Shown here in pieces: positions 54,174 through 64,000 of a DNA stretch of 64,000 bases. The notes under the pieces were generated by a model. It saw only the letters and a list, made by a program, of their open reading frames with translations. It did not search any database and was not told the DNA's origin. Numbering within the stretch: the first letter of the stretch is position 1; each line of letters opens with the position of its first letter. This DNA comes from Octopus vulgaris (taxonomy: Eukaryota), in the NCBI GenBank assembly GCA_951406725.2, contig OX597823.1:57908001-57972000 (forward strand), read 5' to 3'. The position numbers and the translations under genes were made by a program.

Positions 54174-54812
54174 TTATAGGAAAGTGTAAAGTGTAAATAA
54201 GGTGATGGCGTTGCAAAAAAACGCAATAAAGAAAGAATTTGTCCTTCATTATCGGAACAGGGTAAAGAGTGCATGCAAATTTCTCACGCAAGCTTCTTCT
54301 TTTCTTATATTGGATTCTTTAGAAGGTTTTTAAAAACACAGCAACAAAAAACAAAAGATAATAAACTATCGAAACGATACAAAACAAAAGATACACACCC
54401 TGCCGTTTACTCATTTAGCCGCTCCCAAACACCCACTCTCAAACCCGCACACTTTCTCTCCAACGCCAGCTTCTCTCTGTCGTACATATGCTTAAAATAT
54501 ACACATATATGTATATAATCATATATGCTTTTCAATGTGTGTATGTATATGTATATATGTAAGTGTGTGAGAGAGAGAGAGAGGACGTATGTACATGTAT
54601 GTATATTCATGTATTTAATGAGTTATATTTACACCTGCATGCATATACTAGCACAAGGATATACGCATACATACTTATATGTATGCATATACATATATAT
54701 ATATATATTTATGTATGTACATATATATTATTATATTATTATACATGTATATAATGATAATATAGATAAAGATATGTATACATACGTACATACATGCATA
54801 CATATATATAGA

Positions 54813-54879
<67 letters not shown>

Positions 54880-54984
54880 GTGCATGTATATACATACATC
54901 TAAATATATAGGTGTGAATTTATAAATGTATACATGAATGTACTTCTATATGTATATATGTATATATATGTGTGTATGTATGTG

Positions 54985-55053
<69 letters not shown>

Positions 55054-55505
55054 TGATATATACACATGTATCGTCTCTCGTACATTCCTATACACACACC
55101 CTTACACACGCATACAGAAACAAAATCAATACATTATACGAACACATAATCCTCCATACAGATACATACACTCACGCGTACACACATACAAGAAACAAAA
55201 CGATTATTTAGCTGCAATAAGGCTTTAAGAATGAAATGCGTTTCGGTGTTAAATTGCAAAAATGGTGGTTGTGGCGATACTATTGGAAGTGGTATTGATT
55301 TTGTTAAGAGGCGATGTATTCTAGCGTTTTATTCATCAGACACCTAAGTCGATAAAACACCGTTAGATTGATTAACTACGTCTGATGGTTTAGAACACCG
55401 TCACTCTTTTGTTACGCTTTGTTTGTGTATGTTGCCGTATATTGTTTTTATTAGCGTGTTTCCTTATTTTCTTTTGTTTATAAAAGTTTTATTGATTTAT
55501 ACATA

Positions 55506-55541
<36 letters not shown>

Positions 55542-55583
55542 TATATATGCACATATATATATATATATACATATATATATGCA

Positions 55584-55620
<37 letters not shown>

Positions 55621-55719
55621 GTGTGTGTGTGTATATATCAGATATGTATGCATGCATCTATATACATATGCATACGTCTATATGCATATGTGTGTGTATA
55701 TATACATATACGTATACAT

Positions 55720-55804
<85 letters not shown>

Positions 55805-55940
55805 GTATATATATGTCTACGTATATGTCTACACACAAACACAGGCGGACACATAAACACACTTTGTTTTCTCTATTTATCTTTGCTGCTCTTGTTTTCA
55901 TTTACGTTGTTGTCATTATCAGAAGCTTTGTTGCTGCTGC

Positions 55941-55983
<43 letters not shown>

Positions 55984-56110
55984 CTTATTATTTTTATTCA
56001 TGTATATGTTTATTGTATTACATTTGTTTCCTTTGTATTTGTTTACCTTCATTTTATTTACTTAGCTTTGATTATCATTACTTCTATTATTATTGCCATT
56101 ATTATTGTTG

Positions 56111-56157
<47 letters not shown>

Positions 56158-56366
56158 GTGTTTTTAAAACAAACAACCCCGTAAAAGTTGCACTAATTTA
56201 AAAGTCTATGTTTCGACCAGATCTTCTTCTCTTCGTATATATTTAAAAATTTAATAGGATGAATATATAATACGACACATAGCTAGAATTGATGTAAGTC
56301 GTCTCGAGACAAAACAAAACTATACACATACATATGCATACATATCTATATAAAACGTGCATACAC

Positions 56367-56404
<38 letters not shown>

Positions 56405-56919
56405 GACAAAGTGGCAAACAACAAAATATCGAAAACAAACAGGAATTAAAAGAAAGTAAAAATATAACAGAAAAATAAATTAAAATAAATTAAATATATT
56501 CTGAAATGAAAGAGAACAATAACGAACAAATAACAAAGAAAAAAAAGCACATGAATGTGGTAGAGACAGAAGAAAATCAACGATGTTAATAACAACGTAG
56601 AAATGCCGATGATGTCTTTCATAGATAAAGTATCAATTTTTGTAGTTCAGAATGTTGCATTTACTTGGTTTATCACTGGTACTTTAAAATGGCGGTTGCA
56701 AGGAAAGAAAAGTTAAAAGGGGGCGATCGTTTATGCATGCAATTAGGTCAAGTCCACCGCAGACGCGTATTTGGGAGGACATATTGATGATTGTGCTTCC
56801 TAGTCATTAGATAAACCTATGGAGTTGTCTAGCTCAAACTATACACTGCTAATTGTATACAGGTATGCCATGAATTTTGATAGATATGAAATTGACCATT
56901 TTAATGATATATATATATA

Positions 56920-57095
56920 TAGGGAGAATTCACGAAAAAACAAAAGTCGAAGACAGGTAGTGTAGACAACATACAGATGTATTAGTATAACGCTCGGGAA
57001 TTGAAATGTATTTAACGTTTCGAGCCTACACTCTTTCACAGAAAGGAACACAGAAAGAAACAAGGAGAGAACATGTAGTAGCTAGCGATCTATCA
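56920..57095 (-). mobile_element. Family P3 copy with hammerhead-like fold (57011-57044)
   Basis: Minus strand UUU-CUGUGAA-A-GAGU(GUAG)GCUC-GAAA-CGUUAAA; flanks match 26590-26897. Confidence 0.65.
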
Positions 57096-57559
57096 CACGT
57101 TTATGAATTTGTTTTGCAAGATTCCTGATATGAAATCGTGTGCTGAAGCAGAAATTCATATATTTCGAGACAGTCATTTTTTTCTTGCCAAATTTTTTTT
57201 TTCTTGCCCGAATTTGCGAACAATTTCTCCAATAATTTCAGATTAACTGGTTAGATAAGAAGATACATTGTACACGAGTTCCAAAAACAGCATATCACAT
57301 AGCCGCTTAATACGCATGATCAAAATGCTGCTTTTATGTAATATAGACCTTGTCCAACAAAAGGTGCAACAACACATCGCATCATTTTGTTCTTAATGTT
57401 TATATCCTAAAGTGAACATGTTTTCTGCTGGTTACAATTTGTTACAAGTTGAATATAGAAATATTTAAAAGAGCAACGTCATTTTGTAAAATTTTGGTTT
57501 AAATTGGAAAAATAAATTCATACGAATTTTCATCATTACTTAACTTATTTAAACCCTTC

Positions 57560-57930
57560 CCACCCCACGAAGCATCAATGATTTTTCTCCCCAGTATTTG
57601 ACTATCGTCTTTTCTGCATCGCTCTAGTTGGACCCTGCTTTTTATCTCTGCCTTATTATCCTGCCTCCAGGGTTTTTTTTTTAAATTTCCGTCCTCTCTT
57701 CCACCTCCCTTCTGAATTTCAGTTCAGAGCCTGAGGAAAGAACTTTCTCCCCTGGCTCTTGTTGGTTTTAAGTTATCATTAATGGTTCTGCAATTTTCAT
57801 TTATTCTACGTAAGGCATTTGACCCTGTGCAAACCCATTTTTCCTCTAAGAAAAGGCTGTCTCTATCCGGCTTGCCATTGACCTTTCATCGACTCAGAAT
57901 GGGAGGTCCTGCATGGAGTCACCCAACCCT
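57560..57930 (+). mobile_element. Degraded L2/CR1-like RT remnant
   Basis: NFRPLFHLP, LRKAFDPV and EVLHGVTQ motifs in the expected order. Confidence 0.45.
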
Positions 57931-58507
57931 TCACAAGAAAGAATAGACATTGTCGTGGTTTCATCATCACTTCCACTACCAGAAATCACTAACATTTACA
58001 ATAATTTCCAATACTGACACAAGGGTAGATATTATGAAAGAAATGTGTAATCATTCGAGATCATTTATCATTGCACTCCTTTAGGAGTTATTTTATCAGC
58101 TCCTTTCTGATGAATGGCAAACTCGACATAATTTGAACTGTGAACGTACAGGAATGGGACTACACACAGGATTGGATTTTAAGAGAGAATCTAAATAGCA
58201 TTGGAAACTAGGCTCTTTTCAATCTCATTACAAGCGCTCACCACTATAATTGGTATAATGATAATACAAAAATTGTGACGATGTTGATGACGACAACAAT
58301 AACCATGACAACGATAACGACGGGTTTGATAGTGATGTTCATAGGGATGATAATGATGACGACGACTACGATAATGAAATTTATATCCATACGATAATGC
58401 CGTGAAAAAATGTATATAGATATTATGAGTGTGAGACGTTTTCTTAGTATAGTTGCGTTTGTTTATACTTACATGGATATATATATCTATCTATATATAT
58501 ATATATC

Positions 58508-58538
<31 letters not shown>

Positions 58539-59184
58539 CTACAAATGTTTATGTACGGGTGAGTTTATATGTGTCTGTGCGTGTATGCCAGCGCACGTGC
58601 GCGTAAAACCGTGAGATAGATTGTACATCTAATTCAAAACTTGATTCCACGTGAGATTTACGTGTCAGTAGAATTCTCAGTCTGCTATGCGCTAATTCAA
58701 TAAGAAGGTAGTGGAGTTTCACAAAAACTGAACAGAAATCGTTGAAACTAGAATAGTCTTCATTTACAGCTTTGTGCAAATGGTTCTCAAATCACGAGTC
58801 TGTGAGTGGCTCAGTTTTCACTATGTAAAGAAGATTAAGAGAGGCATATCTAACTAAGATGTCAGTATTTCTGCAATTAACATCCTAAAATAATATGGGA
58901 TACACTAATATTTTTAAGTGATTAACTATAGCTTTTCTATAGAATTCAGAGCCAACATTGTAAGGTACAAAGTTTCGTATACGGATACGTCTATCCAAGA
59001 TTCAAAATGGGTGTATATGCATATTTCAAGAGTTATTGCTCTATCATCAACACCGCATCCAACCCCTCAACAATCATAAATTAAAGTGTCCACAATGCTT
59101 TAAACACTCTCTCACTCATTCACACACGCACACACACAGAGACACACACACACACTCACACAAACTGCCATCCATCTGATATGA

Positions 59185-59511
59185 CGACGAGGGTTCTAGT
59201 TAATCCGATCAACGGAACAGCCCGTTCGTGAAATTAACGAGCAAGTGGCTGACCACTCCACAGATACGTGCACCCTTAATGTGGTTCTCAGAGAGATTCA
59301 GTGTGACACAGAAAGCGAGAAGGCTGGCCACCAGTGTTTGAAAGACAACGATACAGCTTGGCACTAGTCGCAACTTTTTTTCTACAGCTGAGTAGAACTG
59401 GAAAAACGGAAATAAAGTGTTTTGCTCTAGGACACAATGCGCCACTGAAAATCGAACTCATCACCTTACGAGCATCGTAAGCTCGACGCTCTAACCACTG
59501 AGCCATGCGCC
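59185..59511 (-). mobile_element. SINE family D
   Basis: Minus-strand head GGCGCATGGCTCAGTGGTTAGAGCG..GAGTTCGATT with tRNA A and B boxes. Confidence 0.85.
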
Positions 59512-59869
59512 TAACCACACAGATATACAGGTCAAGAGACACATAAATGTATACACGAAGACAAGCCTACAGACAATCACACCCACACTAACTCAAATAT
59601 TCGCAGAAGATAAACAAACAAGGACGTAAATAAAGGCAAAACTAACAAAAATATACAAAGGGAACGGCATTGCTTTCCTTTATATAGTATTTAATGTAGC
59701 ATAAACATTGTTTGTGAATCTTTTGTAGCTGTTAATCTGAACATAAAGAAATATTACCCAATGAAACTCTACCTGAAAAGTCAACATTCAACTTGCCACA
59801 ATAGTAGCTTGTCTTGATCAAGCTATCAGCATTTGATGAAACCTCGTGCCAGTTTCATTGCTACCGCCC

Positions 59870-60046
59870 ACCACCACCAACAACAACAGCATCATCATCT
59901 TCATCATCATCAACATCGTCATTATCATCGTCATTACCGTCGTCGTCGACATCATCATCATAATCATCATCATCATCATCATCATCATCCCCATCGTCAT
60001 CATCATCATCATCATCATCACCACCATCATCCCCATCGTCATCATC
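59870..60046 (+). repeat. (CAT)n/(CAC)n imperfect trinucleotide repeat
   Basis: Direct reading; yields the poly-His and poly-Met ORFs. Confidence 0.95.
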
Positions 60047-60059
60047 AGTGACTTTAATA

Positions 60060-60218
60060 AGCGCAAGTGTGGCCGAATGTTAAGAAATTTGTTTCCCAGC
60101 GACGTGGTTCTGTGTTCAGTTCCTCTGCGTGACGTCTTGGGCTAGTGTTTTCTGCTATAGCACCGGGCCGACCAAAGCGTTCGGAATGGATTTAGTAAAG
60201 GAAAACTGAAAGAAGACC
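60060..60218 (+). mobile_element. SINE family B 5' half
   Basis: GTGGCCGAATGTTAAG..GTTCAGTTCC.CTGCGTG..GGGCCGACCAAAGC..AACTGAAAGAAG. Confidence 0.8.
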
Positions 60219-60219
60219 A

Positions 60220-60390
60220 TTGTACCTTTCTTTCATTCTCCTTCTATTTATTTCCTCGTATTCCTTTCTGTTGAAGAGTGTAGGCACGAAACATAAAAGA
60301 CTTTCTCACTTTCCCGAGCGTCAAACTAAAACACCTAATTGTGGTTCATATACCTGTCTTCGGCTCTTGCTTTCTTGTAAATTTCAACTA
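60220..60390 (+). mobile_element. Family P3 copy with hammerhead-like fold (60264-60299)
   Basis: CUUU-CUGUUGA-A-GAGU(GUAG)GCAC-GAAA-CA-UA-AAAG; downstream CCCGAGCG..TACCTGTCTTCG matches the other P3 copies. Confidence 0.65.
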
Positions 60391-60414
60391 TATATATATA
60401 TATATATACCACCA

Positions 60415-60720
60415 CTGTGACCACCGTGACCGACCAGGGTATCAGATATTGCTACATATCGCTGGTCACAATGCACTTTGCATTGTTATAGCCTTCAAAT
60501 GACACCACCCTGCTGGCTAAGCGAGCAGGCCTACAGAAGAAAGAGTGAGAGAAAGTTGTGGCGAAAGAGTACAGCAGGGAGCGCTACCACTCCCCACCAA
60601 AGCCTCGTGGACCTTTAGGTGTTTTGGTCAATAAACATTCACAACGCCCGGTCTGGAAATCGGAACCGCGATCCTACAACCGCGAATCCGATGCCCTAAC
60701 CACTGGGCCATTGCGCCTCC
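60415..60720 (-). mobile_element. SINE family C (tRNA-derived)
   Basis: Minus-strand head GGAGGCGCAATGGCCCAGTGGTTAGGGCA.CGGA..GGTTCCGATT.CC; matches the copy at 62363. Confidence 0.9.
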
Positions 60721-60723
60721 ACC

Positions 60724-60937
<214 letters not shown>

Positions 60938-61024
60938 CCAGTTTATATATTCATATATATATATATATATATATATATCCACGATATATATGGTGCGCTA
61001 TATATATATATATATATCTATACT

Positions 61025-61232
61025 AGTTAATCCAAACAAGAAAACACAAGAAACACAACAACGCGAGGACGTGGAACAAATATAGTATTATTGGACGCTC
61101 AGGAAAGAAGGGAAGAAGGAGGGTTTAACGTTTCGGGCGGAGATCTTCGTCGGAAACATAGGAGAAAGAAAGATCCCGAGAAGGGAAGACAGAGGAAAAA
61201 AAATCGCCAACGGTACACACGAGGTCATATTT
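61025..61232 (-). mobile_element. Family P2 copy with hammerhead-like fold (61123-61157)
   Basis: Minus strand GUUU-CCGACGA-A-GAUC(UCC)GCCC-GAAA-CGUUAAAC; homologous to 8320-8520. Confidence 0.7.
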
Positions 61233-61240
61233 TGAAAGGA

Positions 61241-61273
<33 letters not shown>

Positions 61274-61294
61274 GCATACATACATATATATATA

Positions 61295-61343
<49 letters not shown>

Positions 61344-61381
61344 CATATACACATAGAAATACATATGCACATAATTGATAC

Positions 61382-61449
61382 GGGAAATTGAAAATGGATT
61401 TGGTACGAAACTTTAACAAAAATTCGTACCAAATCCATTTCCGTTTCCC
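61382..61449. repeat. Hairpin with 18-bp perfect stem
   Basis: AAATGGATTTGGTACGAA (61392-61409) and TTCGTACCAAATCCATTT (61423-61440), 13-nt loop, extended by GGGAAA/TTTCCC. Confidence 0.9.
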
Positions 61450-61618
61450 TTATCCATTATAAACCAAACGAATACTGTGGAATTCTGACGTAGATTTAGT
61501 GAAAAGTATAACGTAATTCTAGATGACTTCAGGTAGTACAAAAGGTAAAAGTGCTTTAATCGGTATACTAATAGACATATACCCAAAGATGAAATAGGTA
61601 CATACATAGGCATAGTAC

Positions 61619-61696
<78 letters not shown>

Positions 61697-62362
61697 TTAG
61701 AGACAAAACCACTATTTTGCAAAACAAACAAGGAAAGACTTAATCAATACATAAAATTTTAATAAAAAGTAAAAAATATATATATATTTATAAGATAAAA
61801 CTTACTTGGAAAAGGATGTGTGGCGTTCGATCATATAATAGTATAAATAATATATAAATATATGCATATATACATACATATACATGTACAAACGTGGAGT
61901 AGATGAAACTGGGACAACTGATGAAGAGGAATATTCTTAATGTTGTATGTCTTGTTTCTGTTTTTTTTCGTTCGAAAAAATTTCGTTTTCTATGTTTTTG
62001 TTTTTATGTTTTCGTTTCTGATTGTGTTCAAAGTTCTTTTGATGTCCTATACCGATATATGCTTGTATATATACATATATATGTAGGTATGTACATATAT
62101 GTATATATCCATATATTAAAATATTATTTATATTGTGTATATATATATATATACATATGTATATATATGTGTGAGCAGGTGTCTTCATGGTTGCGTTTGT
62201 GAACCGTCAGGGCTTGATAATAAATACTAGGGTCGATTTCATCGATCAAACACTTCTAGACGGTGCCTTAGTATGACCATGGTCCAATGACTAAAACAAG
62301 CAAAAGATTAAAGATAAAAAGTAGAAAATAAGGAGGGCCAGCAGAACAACAGCAACAAGAGT

Positions 62363-62866
62363 GGAGGCACAATGGCCCAGTGGTAGGGCAGCGGACTCGC
62401 GGTCGTAAGAACGCGGTTTCGATTCCCGGTCCGGGCAGTGAGTGTTTATTGAGCAAAACACCTTAGCTCCACGAATCTCCGGCGGAGGGTGGTGGTGAAC
62501 TTCGCTGTACTTTTTCACCACAACTTTCTCTCACTCTTTCTTCTTACTTCTGCCACAAAGCAGAGGAACCATGGTGTGGCAAACTTTCAGACCCTAGTCT
62601 AGATTGCGAATCCTCTGTACCCCAGGATGGTTCAGCCCTCCACCCGTTAAAAGCCACTGTTTATGGAATGAGCATAACAATGTAGCTTTCGCGCCCGTGC
62701 AGCCACCAGTCAATCGCGTATGGTGGGTGGATCTTCAAGTTGCCACACGCATTCTTAGTAGCTTAGAGTAGGCTAGAAGAAGAAGAAGAAGAAGAAGAAG
62801 AAGAAGAAGAAGAAGAAGAAGAAGAAGAAGAAGAAGAAGAAGAAGAAGAAGAAGAAGAAGAAGAAG
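62363..62866 (+). mobile_element. SINE family C followed by a distinct 3' region and a (GAA)n tail
   Basis: tRNA-like head GGAGGCACAATGGCCCAGTGGTAGGGCAGCGGACTCG..GGTTTCGATTCCC; ends in about 30 GAA units (62775-62866). Confidence 0.85.
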
Positions 62867-63256
62867 ACAGCAACAAGAAGAACAGCAACAATAATAATGC
62901 ATACACTAAACTTTTGAATGTGTGATAATCATATTTGCCAAAACATTCAAAGAATTACAGAAAGGGTGCAAAAATTAAACCAGGTCGACCCCCCCCCAAC
63001 TAGCATGTAAACCTAAATTAGTCGTTAGGTGTGACTGGATGACGGTTCACGCGAAAAGAGTGAAGTCAATGGGGTTGATTTTAATTAGCTGTTTTTCTTG
63101 GGGAGTTTTAAATGGAGTAATATAATGAGTTCAGTCAGACAAGCGACGAAAAATGTTTATTTATTGGTCTGGTCCAGATTTTATTTAACTGTAAATACGC
63201 TGTGCATGCAAAAGTATTTCGCAAACATAGCTACAAACACACACAGATATGTTTGC

Positions 63257-63302
<46 letters not shown>

Positions 63303-63458
63303 GCAAAGACCAACACACACACACAAACAAACACTCATACGTGTATGTGCGTGTTTGTGTGTTATGTGTGTGTATATAAATATATATTTGTGTATGTATT
63401 ATGTATATATATATATATATATATCAATATGTAGATACATATATATATACATATATAT

Positions 63459-63520
<62 letters not shown>

Positions 63521-64000
63521 ACACACACACATATATAATATAATATAATATATATATGTATACATGGATGCGTGTGTATGTGTGTGTGTATGTATGTAGG
63601 TTTGTATGTATGTGTATATGTGTGTATATATGAATGCAACGAACACATACATAGTAGCTGATTGGAATAATCAGCTAGAATTAACAACCATTTACAATTT
63701 TGGAGTAGTTTGAACCATTTCGATTACATGATCACAATTTGTTTTGTTTAGTGTTTTTCAATTTAATCTGTCAAGATAATTGAGGTTCTTCAATGTCTAC
63801 TAAGAAGAAAAAAACAACAACAACAACAACAATAATAATAATAATAGTGAAAAAAAAAACAACAACAACAAAATTTTAAATAAACATATAAATAAATAGA
63901 TGAGTAGATAAATAAATAAATAGATAAATAGATAAACCACCTCTCCCACTTAGAAAAAAAGAAGAAAAACGTCGATCATTCTTTAGGTTTGGTTACGTTT

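Noticed and set aside
59818-60145. Poly-His, poly-Met and poly-Ile ORFs
   Set aside because: Products of a (CAT)n repeat; no splice signals or flanking coding context.
61905-61955. CTGATGA followed by a small hairpin
   Set aside because: No GAAA after stem II, so no complete hammerhead topology.
62363-62430. tRNA gene (also the heads at 59440-59511, 60650-60720 and 49680-49730)
   Set aside because: A and B boxes are present but the cloverleaf is imperfect and each continues into a shared SINE body.

Overview
AT-rich eukaryotic DNA, packed with (TA)n, (CA)n, (TATG)n and (TAGA)n microsatellites and with transposon debris. The tRNA-derived SINE families and repeat landscape strongly suggest an octopod cephalopod (Octopus); this assignment comes from recalled repeat families, not a search. 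I find no credible host protein-coding exon, and nearly all listed ORFs are microsatellite artefacts, so the window reads as a gene desert or giant intron. Recognisable elements are dead LINEs (CR1-like, RTE x2-3, an R4/Dong-like RLE element, an I-like remnant), Tc1/mariner and hAT DNA transposons and MITEs, about 20 SINE copies from four families, and a 548-bp tandem duplication. The most notable signal is a set of short, ORF-less elements in TA microsatellites that carry Type I hammerhead ribozyme motifs. Three are canonical (7866-7908 -, 12741-12800 +, 53798-53853 -), one with a long stem II is split across an inverted repeat (about 49.0-49.6 kb), and five copies from two families keep the hammerhead fold but have a non-canonical core. 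These are consistent with Penelope-like or retrozyme-like elements. Also of note are a recursive-splice-site-like motif (polypyrimidine tract-TAG|GTGAGT) at 37.34 kb on the minus strand and a closely spaced inverted SINE pair that could form an ADAR substrate. All coordinates were read by eye; ends of degraded elements are approximate.
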